DNA of 64,000 nucleotides from the NCBI GenBank assembly GCA_002633005.1, contig NMRA01000294.1, positions 481,999 through 545,998 of the forward strand, read 5' to 3'. The translations under genes were made by a program, and so were the position numbers. Shown here piece after piece: positions 1-13,033 of this stretch. This DNA is from Phoronis australis (taxonomy: Eukaryota > Animalia > Phoronida). How positions within the stretch are numbered: the stretch's first letter is position 1; each line of letters opens with the position of its first letter. The notes under the pieces were generated by a model, which had not been told where the DNA came from, did not search any database, and saw nothing but the letters and a program-made list of their open reading frames with translations.

Positions 1-486
1 TTCCTCAGAGTCGGTGAATTCACAGTCACTTACTCGCTCTCCTCCCACGTCATACAGGTCAGCGACGTCGTCTTCCCACCCTCTGGCGATTCTGTGGTCA
101 TCACTATCACTTTCAAGCACAGCTCGGGACCAGTCTCACTTACGATTCCGTCCAGTCGATCTCCCCATTGCCCGGTAGCTGACCTAACCTTGTACTTTTC
201 TACTTTTCAGTCCTCTCCAGGCCCCCTGTTCCAACACCTCAGTAGATCACCGGTTACACGTTCCTGTTTCAACTCCATGTTAACTACAATGGTTTCCTTT
301 GTAGGACTCGACACCAAGTTTTATACGTCACATAGCTTTTGCACTGGGGCCGCCACATCAGCGGCCAGCCGTGGCGTCCCTGAACCGGTGATCCAACGCA
401 TGGGGCGCTTGAAATCTGACGCACTAAAAAACTACATTTCCATGTCTGCCTTTTCCTCTTCCCCAGGCTTCCTCAACTCCTGGTGA
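1..486 (+). pseudogene. Tyrosine recombinase C-terminal domain of a DIRS/Ngaro-type retrotransposon (5'-truncated by window, inactivated)
   Basis: Frame 1 reads FLRVGEFT (catalytic Arg box) ... CPV ... PLF ... YTSHSFCTGAATSAASRGVPEPVIQRMGRLKSDALKNYI. This matches the HSFRIGAAT...GRWxSDA..YIR signature. The HxxR Arg is mutated to Cys (tgc at 340-342) and GRW to GRL. Confidence 0.87.
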
Positions 487-656
487 GCCTGTTGTTGCAG
501 CTCCCCATTTCTCTCACTTTGCCTTTCAGCCCCTCCCACTGCACTGGGTCTGTTGTTTCAGCCCCCTAGGTCAGGTCTGTTGTTGCAGCCGGCCTCCTCC
601 CGTTCGCAGGTCTGTTGTTGCAGCCTGCGGCCAAGGGTCTGTAGTTGCAGGCTTTG
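481..656 (+). other. Array of five stem-loops with conserved core YCTG-TTGTTG-CAG downstream of the recombinase
   Basis: Hairpins at 481-507, 546-564, 568-595, 604-630 and 632-656; outer stems differ in sequence but remain complementary. Confidence 0.75.
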
Positions 657-708
657 CTATTTCTAGTCATTAGTTCTAGTTACCTTTACTTCCATTGTTG
701 AATTTTGC

Positions 709-815
709 TTAGAGTTTTTATATTCTATTTTTTTATATTCTAGTTTTTATATTCTATTTTTTTCTATTCTAGTTTTTTATATTCTAGTTTTTTATATTCT
801 AGACTTTTGTATTTT
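709..815. repeat. AT-rich minisatellite, ~15-17 bp unit TATTCTAGTTTTT(T)TA
   Basis: About 6 degenerate copies visible directly. Confidence 0.8.
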
Positions 816-2626
816 AGTTTTCCGTTATACCGTTATTAGTACCTATATTTTATCATAGTCTACCCTTGTTATTTCCCGGGTTCCGCTTCCTCGGATGTGC
901 GATGTCAGCATTCCCATGCTGCCATTATGGCGTTTTCTCCATGCCCATCTTGCATAGTCTTATTTAGTTTTATCTATTTACGTCATAATAAATGACATTA
1001 TTCGCAATCCTCATCTTGTTTTACTCTGCAACATAGCTCGTAGCGTACCCCGAACAAAATAGATTACGATAAATATTAGTGAGTGAAAATAGTTCCAAGT
1101 GTTTGATACAATGTGCTGAACGGCCTGGACACCTCTGATGCAACATGCATTAGGCCATATGCACTATTTTAAACTCGTTTTTTCACATAATCATGATAAT
1201 TGTGATTGGCGTGCAAATTCCCAAGTAAGGCTCCCCAAAAATGCGAGTAATTAGTCAATGGAATTTGATGTACTAAAATAGTTATAGGTTTATTCGATTG
1301 GACTTAACAATATCTAATGAGACTGACCAAGTTAAGTACTGTCCAGCAAATTAAATTCCATCGATCTCTTTCTTTAAGGTAATCTGCACTTTGCTTTAGA
1401 CTAATCAATTCGCCATCTGCAGTAGAGTTATCTCCCTTTTCGCAAGTGCTAAACACCATTCGGATACCTGATGTTTTCAGCACCTCAACAGAAACCAGTC
1501 GGGTAATCACTAAATGGCATTTTAAGAATGGCAGTCTCATTGAGTGTTGCGTAGCAAGGTTTATTGAGATTAGTTCTATAGCTGCACTAATGGACTAAAT
1601 CACAAAAGTTAGTTTCTTCCGAATGCGGGTTTATTGCCGCTTAATATAAATTGTTGACTCATCTAAAGTGGTTCGTGAAACTGCTGGACACCACACATAT
1701 TTCCACTTGCCTTGTTGATCTGTTCTCGCGAACTATTGCTCTCCTTGTTATTTTAATGTTAAAACAGGGTGCTGCCAGAGATATTTCGATTCGCGGCCAC
1801 TGATTTTTGTTTCCACCCGGTTAATGAGTCCTCGTGGACTTGTGGAGAAATGTGACCGGAGTAACGTTATTGTCAGCTATTTAGTACTAAGCGTTTCAGT
1901 TGGCTCTAGTCGGATCTACCTCGTTAGTGGTATTGAAGCTACTTGAAAACGGTTCTTATGCACTGACAATAGTAGACATGGAAAAAATAAGTTGCCAGAG
2001 AGCTGCACTGTCTTGTTAGGTCCTACAGTACGATCAGTGAAGGATAATGGCGGTTTACAGCGTGGTTAGTAGCACTGGATTCGTTGAAGTTGGGTTAGTG
2101 CTGCATACGTCGAGGCTACTCGCGGGACAACGCATCGTCAGTAATGTCAGTAATATGTAGATGTATTTAATCCCTTACAACAGAATCGGCGCACTAAATG
2201 CCTTGTTACTTGCTTAAATAATCTCGACGTCACCAGTTGGTCATTTATGGGTTACTACACAGCTCTTTAATGTACAATTATTGCTTCATATCAATCTTCA
2301 TCTACCAACTTCCCGCGACATCAATTGGCCAATTTATAAATCGAGCGCATCCGCAAAATATTCGGTTTACCGGCTCATTTCACGATTTCATTGAAGTCTA
2401 GGAGCGGGAACGACTAGACGCATGCATCAATTTATGAACGTTTGGCAGATTTTTCATTAGACCAAATTTAGCTTTGTTATCTATGTCAATGCCCTTTAAG
2501 TCACTATTGAAATTAGTGTGTCCGTTTTATTACTGCCGACCTCTGGATACCTAGTACCGAAGCACCAGTTGTGTGAAAAAATCTAGAATATCACGCTAGT
2601 CGCTCATTCCTTTTAATTTCCTTTTT

Positions 2627-2722
2627 ATAAGTTACGTAAACATGACCTGTGCAAGACAAATAGTTGATAACAAAATAAGTTACATAAACATGACCCGTGC
2701 AAGACAAATAGTTGATATCAAA
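2627..2722. repeat. 48-bp tandem duplication
   Basis: ataagttac(g/a)taaacatgacc(t/c)gtgcaagacaaatagttgata.caaa at 2627 and 2675. Confidence 0.9.
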
Positions 2723-4282
2723 ATGTCGACATTAATCATGCAGTTACGTTCATTTCAGCATGCTGGAGTGATATATGAATATTTGTCGTTTACGTGTCAC
2801 ATGGGACTCCGCTCTTGTCATTAAACGGTGCATTGAATACAAGATGAATTGCTAAGATCGATTTCACATCCCAAAAGACTTACTAGAAGTTGATCATTTG
2901 CACCGCACTGACGCTTAACATCAGTAAAGTCTAATTTGAAGCGTTTATTCAATCCCATTGGAGCCTGAAAGTTTTCCACACATACGGTGCGCGTGTACAT
3001 GCATCCACATGCCTTCACCGGAATCACTTTTCGCTTCTAAAAAAAATCGCATAAATGAACTTCCTCTCTTGATGTCACCAAGTTTAGTGGCACCATCAAG
3101 GATTGTTCGATCACGATGATGTGAGGAGTAATCAACAAGCTACCCGAACAATGCAGCCCACGCACCTAGAACTACGTCACGGTACTACTAACTCTGTTCC
3201 CTGACTCACAAATTCGTGCTCACACTCAGAAAAACACACGTATCCAAAAACAGCTCATGAACTCACACACTGCACTAACAAAAACGTGGATGTGCTGCGA
3301 AGAGTCTGTTGACTGTGTTCACATGTGCCAGAACTGAACTTTTAGTCCGTGAATCGTCCTTTTTGCATATTCAAGCCGTCAGTGTTTCGTGAGTGCGGGC
3401 ACGAGATAATGGCCGGTGAACCGTGTTGTTCGCGATCGAAGCTTGGAGTAAGAATAGGTTCTGTACACAACGAAAATAAGGCGTCGCGAAAACATGGCAC
3501 AATAGCGAGTTTTACGACATGCTTTTGATCACAAAACCAATTGCCGCTGTTTTTTGATTAGCTTTATTATTGCGCACAGAGGGCGCTTTCTTTAGGTCTG
3601 TGAGTATGGAAGATTGGTCGATTATGTTTGGAATGTCGAATTATATGATATAATTCACAGCTTTCCTTGCATTATCGATTAATCCTCGATGAAAGCGTTC
3701 GCGAGTGTTTTGGGTCTATGGAACGCAGCCCGGTCAGCAGGTTGAGCACTGTGTATGGCGGACTGAGCGGTGATTTGATTTACCGTAACAGTTTCTGGCA
3801 TCATTGCTCAAGTCAAAGGCACATTGTTAGGTAACAAGACTGGAAATGAAAATCTGTGCGTATCTCGGTCATGATCGGAGCTGAAAAGTCCCGAGTGGTG
3901 AAAAGTGAGGGAATACGATTTCACTCGCAGCGGTGGGCGTTTTCAAAACGTGCCCAGTACATCCTCATTTCCGGCTGAAGGAACTACAATTTTATTAATT
4001 TCATTTTCATAGAAATCGACTGAAAGGCTCAAGATACCTAGTGATTGAAATTTTGACCACATAGATTTAAAATAAAACAATATTACAACCGGCATGTCTG
4101 TTTGCACTTCTTCGTCCTACCTTTCAGATGAGCACATTAAATGAAGTTGGGCAAATTACGTATGACATCTTCAAAACCAAAACTCCAAGTTTCTCTCCTG
4201 GATGCTTTCAATATTTCGAGTTTTCTGAAGGTTTGACGAGCTAGGGCATGGTCTGGGGTACGTTCCGTAGATACAAGTCACT

Positions 4283-6430
4283 CAGTGGCGGATGTACGTT
4301 TTCAGTAAGGGGGAGGTTTGGGATTCCCGCAAAGGTCGAATCCTACGTGCGTGGCGCCGAGCGGGGGGGGTCGGGAGGGGGGTCCCCCTTCCTGTGTAAG
4401 ACATTTTTTTTGATTTTGTAGCCAAATAGTGAAACTTCCATGCATCCTGGTAAGTTTCTGGCACTTAACATGTCTCTGGAGTTTTTCTTAAGATAATTAA
4501 AAACCCTTCTCGATTTCGTCACATGAACTTGGCTCATAAGTTTCGTGAAACCATATTGTGCACATCTGGGTATAAGTCACCCCACCAGCAAATTTTTTTG
4601 TTGGAACATCTGCTTAGACACACCTTTTTAGCACACGAAAAGTCGTATACGAAAAAGTGTGGTGTGTATACCGGGGTTTAGACAACTTCCAAATATTCAA
4701 GAGCATAAGGAGCACCGACGGGGCGTAAAAACTTGAATACCAGATGATCGCGTAACAGCAGCCTCAAGTTGTTTAAGAACGAAGACCTGTACTATTAGTC
4801 CGGAAATAAACATGTGTTCTGTCTCGTTACGAGAAAAACTGGCGAACGATGGTGCTCTCAACTCATAGTCTATTATTAAAAGCGACAATAAATAATTAAG
4901 TATCACTTTATTAAGCTGAATCACGTTGACAACAATTGAAAAACGTCAAATGTTTCAGGAAACAAATCATCTGAAAACAGTTTCACGAAACCAAAACATC
5001 CTGTGCACATTGGTGAATTGATATGCTGGACTAGTTTGCAGAGGGACCAGATGTACACCGAGAGTACACAAAAAGGCTGACCTGGGCCGTCACTAGACCA
5101 AGAGTACACCTGTGCTTATTATCCCTATAAAAATAGCCTATCTGTCGCGGGACCAAACAATACTGGCGGAGATAAGCACACTTTGGTAAAAAAATCACAA
5201 GACTAGTTCGCCGAGGGACCAGAAGTACACTGGAACTCAACATCTATACAAGTCCAGCTGGCCTGGTCCGTCGCGAGACCTAAAGTGTACTATGCAAAAA
5301 ATTTTGAATTGACAACTTCTCTCTAGACATTTTTTAATCCCCAGTGGTTACTTATACGTATCCTTCTGTTGTCAACACTGCCGAGGGATCTGTATATTGG
5401 ATCCAATTGTTGATCCATTCATCTTGGACTACTTCAAAACTTGACGATGTATCCCAGGACCTATTTGCATCTCTTGCAATTTTCGAAATAAACGTCCCAA
5501 TGTCTCAGCGCTTGAAACCCGAAGTACTAACATCAAATAAATGCCCATGGGCATGAGCGTTTCATCGGGTGGGCCTTTCTGCGGAAATTCCCAGTATAGA
5601 AGACGGCACTGTGTTTATTGCAGGTAGAAAGATGGTAGGTGTTGAAGTCGGAACTAGGGCTCCTTAGGAGGCCTATTGAACATCGCAAGAGTCCCGCAAG
5701 ACTTTGTTGTGAAAGAACAGCCTCACCGCAATTTCTGGTACTGTACACTGTTTGCAAATGCGGTCACTTTGTCAATGTGAGTCTCCCCTTAGCCATTTCT
5801 TGAATAGACATAACTTGTTAGAGTGTATCTTCAAACGGACTCGCGACCAGACCACGGCGCCCGTCACAATAGCAATTCTTCGGAAAAAGAATTTTTTTCA
5901 AAAAATATTACCTGTACATGTACACTGTATGATATTGCGCAAGACAACTTTATTATACATCAGTTACAAACGTGTGGAGTGTAATAGAATGACACGGCAT
6001 GACTGATGAGGTAAAAACGTTGCACGTCAATTTACCTGAATATCAGGGTTGCGGCACCACAGTATTTCCCCTTATCAAATCAAAGCAGACCTTAGAATAA
6101 AGAAGCTAGTTACCTAAAGAAATCAGCTATAGAACTGCTCTTTCAGCGGTGGGTCGATCTAAAATGCTTGTCTACTTCAGAAGTGTCGACGGAAGCGCGC
6201 GCACAATTGATCTCCGCGCGTTTTGCCGATGAGCCACGAAGACTCAGAAATTCTCAATGTAAAAAATTATATTTTCATAGTGAACCCCCCTTATTTTTTC
6301 CAAGTTGGTTTACTTGGGGTTTACACACGCTAGCGGTGCCGTTTTTGTTTTTTTTTTTATTTTTGGGTTTCTGGCCCAAGGTGAGGGGTTAACCCCCTCA
6401 ACCCCCCCCCCCCCCGTAGATCTGTCACTG
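4283..6430. mobile_element. hAT-like non-autonomous element termini (one 2.1-kb element or two separate ends)
   Basis: Left CAGTGGCGGATGTACG at 4283 and right CGTAGATCTGTCACTG ending 6430 are imperfect inverted repeats, each next to G/C-run subterminal tracts. No target-site duplication recognised. Confidence 0.45.
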
Positions 6431-7343
6431 GATAGACACTTGTGGAAAGAAATGTTGGCATTTTGAGATAACAAGCAGCATAACGGACATTTGGTATCAG
6501 CTCGATTTTGATAAGCTCATTTCTGTTAGCATATAAAATAGACAGGAACCACCTGTCCACTCGTGATACAATACCTTTCGGTCAATTCAGGAACATTTAT
6601 GGGTCGGATCGTTCAAACAATTCGGTCTTGTTTTGGCTTCTAAACTTGTGACTCGAAAGTCCCTTCTTGACGTCATCAGCAGTCTGGAGCCGATTGATTA
6701 CCTATAGTGGTGTGTTCTTATCACTCTCGGGAGACAATAATTCGGCGTAACTGGTTCAGTGACGTTACTTCAATTTCTCATACATTCAGGAGCTAGGATT
6801 GAAACATTTACCTTTGACAGTGCTGTCAGTTACCGGAGACGCATTCCTCTATTTATTTGCAATAGTATCTTTTGGCTGTGTATGTTCTTGTACTTATATT
6901 TATTAAAAGAGGCCTGTGTTATACTTAACTTAGATCACCATGGAAATTCTTCAGTCTTGAATTTTACCTTCTTGGCGTCTCGTTTTACGGAATTCCGCAC
7001 CCTTGTCGACGTTTCACTACGCTTCCGCTGCTTTTCTACGACAACTTGCAACCTGGTTGTTTTTTGCTCTGAACAGGTATAGGCGTTAACTGTTATTCAC
7101 TTTTTATTAATTTTTACACCATATTGGCAAGCCATTCATCATATGTGAGATCGAAATACTAATAGCACTGTAATGGATGTCATTTTGATATCAAAAAATG
7201 TTGAAGTTAGCTATCTAATCAATTTCGTACTGCGTTATTGTCATTATTTAGCACGGATAGAGGTATAATTAACAAATTTCCAAAAATTGCCGACAATCGG
7301 TTATGGAAAGGTTACAGCAAATCTGTCCCATAACTTAATATTT

Positions 7344-8889
7344 CAAGCTCACTTCAGTGGCCGCCATTTTGCTAGGAAGCACCAGTAGGGTCTCTAGCCT
7401 ACACACGAAGCACTTGCCTTGCATTTGCGTGATTCCGCGTGGACTTCTGTGATCTAGCTTTTTGGCGAGTTGCTTACCTCTACGGAACGCATCCCAGGGA
7501 TTTACAGTGCGTACGCTCGAGCTGATTTTCCGACGAAAACAACAATCATGTGGTCTCGAAAGCTGCCACAAGAAACGAGAGTGACACTATTGTTAAACAA
7601 CATTTTCTGATGATCTAGAATAGCGTCGAGCAGACTGATTACAACACTTTGGTTCTAATCGGACCTCAGCAAGCGCGTATACACTTGTATGAGTTGAAAA
7701 ATCAATGTTATCTCTCAGCCTGTTTCGGGTAAAACACTGATCACTTCTCGGCCATCTTCAACACACCTCTTTTCACGAAGGCAGCTGGATGTGACATTAT
7801 ACCGATTATAGGAGCACCTCCCGCTTCAACGGTACCTTTTTGCCCATTTTTCATTCGCCATCTCGCTTCGTTTTATTGCATTTGGCAGACGAAAAAAGAC
7901 GGGATCGAATCAAGATTAATTCTTACTTTACCGGTTTCATCGCAATTACAAAATCGAAGATGAACATACTGGACATGCCATTGAAATTACCTCTGACTGA
8001 ACCAAGCCATATGGATAATGATGTGTCAGTTGGCAGTCATTCTCGGTGGTTATCTGCAACAGTGCGTTCTTCGACATCGGATCAGTCGAACTACTTTGCT
8101 TTCAACGCCCTTGATTGGGTCTGGGGTATTCATCTTTATCCTCGTTCTTTGGATTTTCGGATAACGAAGTTGTTCCATTCACATACCCGGCATTTTGATC
8201 CAAAATATTTTCATTCGCACTGTCCGCCGGATTCGTCCTACAAGTTGGTTTGTGACACACTAATGAGCTATGATCTGGGTCAATCATAGGCAAAAATGGA
8301 GATAAATCTCTTTTAGTTTCAGGCATGTCGGCTGCGCTTGATTGCCTTCGCCAGTTCCGCCGGGTCAGTCGGTTAAGACATCTGATTGGTTTTCGATGAC
8401 GACTTCCGGCTTATAGACTCAACAGGTATCTTAGTCGGCGAAGTCAATTCAATACAGCCTATATTATAGTGCTTTACAGTCAACGTTAAAGCTGCTTGCC
8501 GTCTCTCAGTTGGATGGAATCGTTGGAATATTTTGAAAAAGGACTTGTCTCTTCGACTTGTTAGAACACGTAACCAATTCTATCCCTCATGAGCACGGAT
8601 ACTAAGATCTACATCCACTTCCTTGCTTAAAAATACTTGTCCTCCACCAGGTCCCATTCCTTGGACGCAAGACGCTCGCTATAATGTGGTCATGTGCGAC
8701 ATCTTGCGATGTTTTTCTTGCGTCTATGAAAAGCAATCCTAGACTGACATGTGTAGACATGAGAAACTCGTGTAAAACGCAAGAACGCGCAATATCACAT
8801 GATCGAAAGGCGAGTGTCTGTGCAAGTCATGATATGCCTAAGACCTTACAGGCATACCCTTTCAAAATGGCGGCCACTGAAGCAACTTG
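7344..8889. repeat. Inverted pair of a dispersed repeat containing AAAATGGCGGC
   Basis: cttcagtggccgccattttg (7352-7371) is the exact reverse complement of caaaatggcggccactgaag (8863-8882), with weaker similarity beyond. A third degenerate copy lies near 9820. Confidence 0.55.
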
Positions 8890-10305
8890 TCAGTGGGGTT
8901 GGAATGTTGATTTAAGCAAACATTTCTCGCCGCAAGCGCTTTGCGAGTGTGTTTGGGTCTATTGAACGCAAACCAGGCACATTGCGGAAGCGTCTTGTGG
9001 ATAGTGTATCGTGCGACAGGATGTATACCATCTCGTGTGCGCATCCCAACTTTTGAATGAAAGAGGTCCATACTAACAGAGCGTACTCGTACAACAAAAG
9101 TCTCACTTTGCACGTGTGTGGCAGCCACACCGTGTTTAATGTGTGACGGGAGAACTCGTGTTTTTTGAAGAGTTTTCAAGGGTGAACACTCAGTTTCTCC
9201 ATTTCCTCATAAGACCAGAATGTTTTGCATGTACCATTGATGTGGTGCTTGCAGCGTTTATGTCTTTTTGCGTTTCATTGTTTTTAAGACCTTTATTACT
9301 CATTCTCAGGTTGCGTTTTCGTTTAGATATTTATCTTGGTCGCCAAGTGACTGCAGCTTTCCTCAAGTCTGTGTTCTTCCTTTATATCGTTATAGTGATT
9401 TTCTGAGAACAGCCCAAGACGGATTCGAACGGAGAACTTTCGCCGCCCGCAGCTAGACGATCTCCTAACTGATGCTAAATCACACTCAGTAAATGGCAGA
9501 ATACCTTAACACCAGCCTTGATTTCAACAAAATTCTGGCACACAACGGCGCGAATTGACGATTTGTAATAAATGCAACCGTTTTTTAACCCTGTTCGAAG
9601 CTAATAACTTCAAAAAGTCGATCCCATCGAAACGATCATAAATCTTAAAAATGCGTTCTTTCAGACGTAAAACGATAATGCCATTTCTTGTACGTAGACG
9701 ATGTTCAAATCAAAACTATTAGACTAAGTAGACGCAGCCATTTCGTTATAAAAACAAGTCAATGTCGTTCTTGAACCTGGCTGAGTTCCGTAAACCGCGG
9801 CCTGAGCGAGAATACCAATCACTTCAATAGCCACCCTTTTGCTAGGAAAGGCTATTTAGTTATCGAGCATATTCGCTTAACTCTCCATTTTTTCTCGCGT
9901 GATTTTGCGGTGTCTTGCGAGATATTGCTTTTCTCGGAAGAAACAAGGTCATTCGGAACGCTGGTACTCTTGAGCGCCCAATCATAGTCTGTCATTCTTT
10001 ATCCAAGTCGTTACAATGCCAGCATAATAAACGAATATTCGTGTCAGGCAGGTGTTTACGAATCTCGTTTCTCACGTCCTAAGTACAGCTTCCGATTCAC
10101 TCAAGTAAAAACCTGAACAAGCAACTAAGCACACATTACATGTCGATATCAAAACGGGATATCGGTCACTTCAAATGACGATATTTGTCAAGGTTTAATA
10201 TCTGGAAAACTTTACGCTGACTCATTTGAACCATAAAGAGAAAACTATTTCTTGTAAACAAGGTCTGTGAACTATACCTTTATGAGCGCAGATAGAAATA
10301 TGCAA

Positions 10306-10450
10306 CATGGGCGGCGCACCAAAGGGGGCTGGGGGCTATAGCCCCCCACCACTTTTTCAGTGCTACGCCGCACATGGTCTATAGGCGGTGCACCACAGGG
10401 GGGCTGAAAGGGCTTTAGCCCCCACTTTTTTCAGTGCTGCGCCGCCCATG
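10306..10450. mobile_element. Dimeric ~70-bp MITE with 13-bp TIR (hAT-like)
   Basis: CATGGGCGGCGCA...TGCGCCGCCCATG enclosing two similar tandem units. Flanks TGCAA / TGTAA may be a degenerate 5-bp TSD. Confidence 0.75.
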
Positions 10451-10579
10451 TGTAACGGTGGCTTAACACAACGACAATTTGTTTTCGTCGAATATATCGG
10501 AGATGTGGCAAATACTCTTTTCTCACATGAAGGAGAAGCGATCCTGAATACTTCAACAACTGGTCATGTTGGTCAAGAG

Positions 10580-10790
10580 CATTTTAACGATCCATCTGAA
10601 TCGTTAAGTATCATGGCAGTATCATCAGCATACACGACTAATTTAAATTCCTTAGAGCTCAACTGCATTCCTTTTATATTTCTGATCTTTCAAAACAGAT
10701 TTTCCGTATTTCGGCACAGAGAAAAAATAGATTTAACTACATAGAATCAACTTGCTTACGGCCTCTGCTCATTTCAAAAATGGAAATGTT
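10580..10790 (-). pseudogene. L1/Tx1-type reverse transcriptase fragment
   Basis: Minus strand gives LFFLCAEI ... NIKGMQLSSKEFKLVVYADDTAMILNDSDGSL, with frameshifts. Confidence 0.75.
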
Positions 10791-11199
10791 ATTGTCATGT
10801 TCGAAATTGGTTGATATTTTATGGTGTCTAAAAATATAGAGGTGTTTCGCACGGAACAGTGTACCTTTATCATGTTTACTTCTTTCTGACAAGTTTCCTT
10901 GTTATTGCTACACAAATAAATGACAATACAAAAATACAAATGTTTAGCCCAGAAAGCGAACCGTTATATCAAGGCGTTTAACTATAAAACAATGACTTAC
11001 TTAAACAAAACATAATATTGAGCAAAAATACCAAAGTAAAGAATACAAAAAAAGAACAAAATCGTACTGTAATAAAAGAGAACACATTAACAAGAGATTA
11101 ATATACAAAAACATAAAACAAAACAAAAAGCTCAGCGTAGATATTAATGCAGTTTCTATCATGACATTAAAAAATGAAATCACTATTATTCCTAAGAAT

Positions 11200-12540
11200 A
11201 GAACATTACAGTCGTGATTTAAATTGTGACACCAATATAATAAAAAACCAGATTTTTCATGCCTATTACTAAGATTTTAAAAATGTAACCAAATATGAAC
11301 GTTGGATTGCAGGTTGCAAAACAGCTGTTCACGCTCAGCATTATAAACGGGACATGAGCTCAAATAGTGAGCATCACTATTAATTGCACCGCAGGTACAT
11401 TTGTTAGAAAAATTGACAAAGTTATGATAGAACTTCTGTGAATTGAGGTACAACCCCTCTGGCAAATGGTTAAGGAGAATTTCTTTTTTACGCAATAATT
11501 TAGTATAAGGAAGATGTGTGAGACTATCACCCTTAAGAAATGGTTTAACACAATTTTTAAACTTGACATTGATTGGGCTACTTTAAGTTCCAGTTGTAAA
11601 CTATTCTATAAAAGCAAACTGGCAATAATTGATTGCGGATATTGATTGGGAATTATGCATTCAGTGCCAGAGATGTATATTGATAGAAGATGTATCACGT
11701 TTATACTGATTGATAATAGCTAAATCTGATATATTATTAATTTCGTGGATAACTTATAGATTATCAAGTTCTGTTTCCGTATAAGTGGAAGAGAAATCCA
11801 GTCGAGAGAACCAAGGATGTGATAGAACCCTTGACTGACCCTGCCACAGAAAGAGCAGCTTGATATTGAAGTCTATCGAGCTTACAAAGTGTAGTCAAAT
11901 TAACGTTATTATAAATAATATCAGCATAGTTAAAATGAGGAAGAATGAAAGAGTTATAAATCAACTCTAAGTGGCAACTAGAAATATATTTCGGAAGATT
12001 CCTAAATGGGTTGAAAAGTTTTTGACTTTTTTTAATTTGATGAACACAATGATGATTGACAGGGAGTTGAGGATCAAGCAGAAAACACCCAAATGCTTAA
12101 CCGACACACTTTGAGAAATAACAAATTCAAATACAGTCCCGTCAATCTGTCGATATCGTGTAGAGATTTTTGAGAAGACGTTATGTCGTAATTTTTTGAG
12201 CTCCATACGCCATTTCGTTGCCTAATCAACCAGTAAATTAAGATCCCTTTGCAAAAGACTTAAATCTTCGGGATTGCCTTTTGCGTAAGAGAAAATAGAT
12301 GTATCATCAGCATATAAAACGTCTTGGAATACAGTCCACCAGGTAGAGCATTAATAAATAGTAGAAAAAGCAAGACACTGTCTTTTGTTACACCAGCATT
12401 GACGTCCCCAGTTGGTGATTCATCAGAAACAACTCGATTCACAAGAATTTTTTAGGTTTTATTTAAAAGATACGACTGCAGCAAACCAAACACTGTTCCA
12501 CTTACTCCATACTTACGAAGTTTTAACAACAGTTCATGTG
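11200..12540 (-). pseudogene. CR1-group LINE ORF2 remnant (RT C-terminal half and tail)
   Basis: HELLLKLRKYGVSG..LLQSYL; VNAGV(PQGS-like)..LLFLLFINAL; YADDTSI; VKHLGV; IYNSFILPHFNYADIIY..LDRLQYQAA; C-terminal CTCG..HYLSSCPVYNAEREQL. Many frameshifts. Confidence 0.85.
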
Positions 12541-13033
12541 ACCCTAGTACTTTGAAGCGACAGTCTTAAGGTTATGTGGCACGTTATGGACGAGCCTGCG
12601 TATTTAGCCTAAGTATCTACAAAGTTAAATACTTAAGGTTATGTTGTACGTAATACTTAAAATATGTTTAAGTATGCGTTTTCTGAAAGTAGAGGGTCTG
12701 TAGAATTTTATGGTTGACTTCTTTTAGTTGTTATCAATTCGTTATAAATTGGGTCAGGTGTCCGTGCATTTTTGTAAACTTTAGCAAAAAACGGAATGAT
12801 CATCGATAGCGAAACCATGGTATCAACAACATGACCAAATTTTCTTTAAATATTGAAGATGAAATCTCAGAAAACGTTCTAATAGTTTCCACATTATCAC
12901 TTCGCTTTTATTTCATGAAACGTTTGAGTTTTTTCGGGAAAATCGTATAAGTCAAGTGCAATTTTCTGATATCTCCTCATAAAAAAGTGGAACATTTCCT
13001 AAAAGCGTTTTGGAGAACAGTTCATAAAGCTTA

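Noticed and set aside
485-503. Iron-responsive element (bulged C hairpin)
   Set aside because: The loop is not CAGUGN and the upper stem is 3 bp rather than 5.
5533-5757. Cys/His pattern (STCNKH...RRKAHP) resembling a transposase N-terminal zinc finger
   Set aside because: Too short and degenerate to assign.
9410-9485. Minus-strand B-box GTTCGAATCC (possible SINE head)
   Set aside because: The A-box and body are too degenerate to call.
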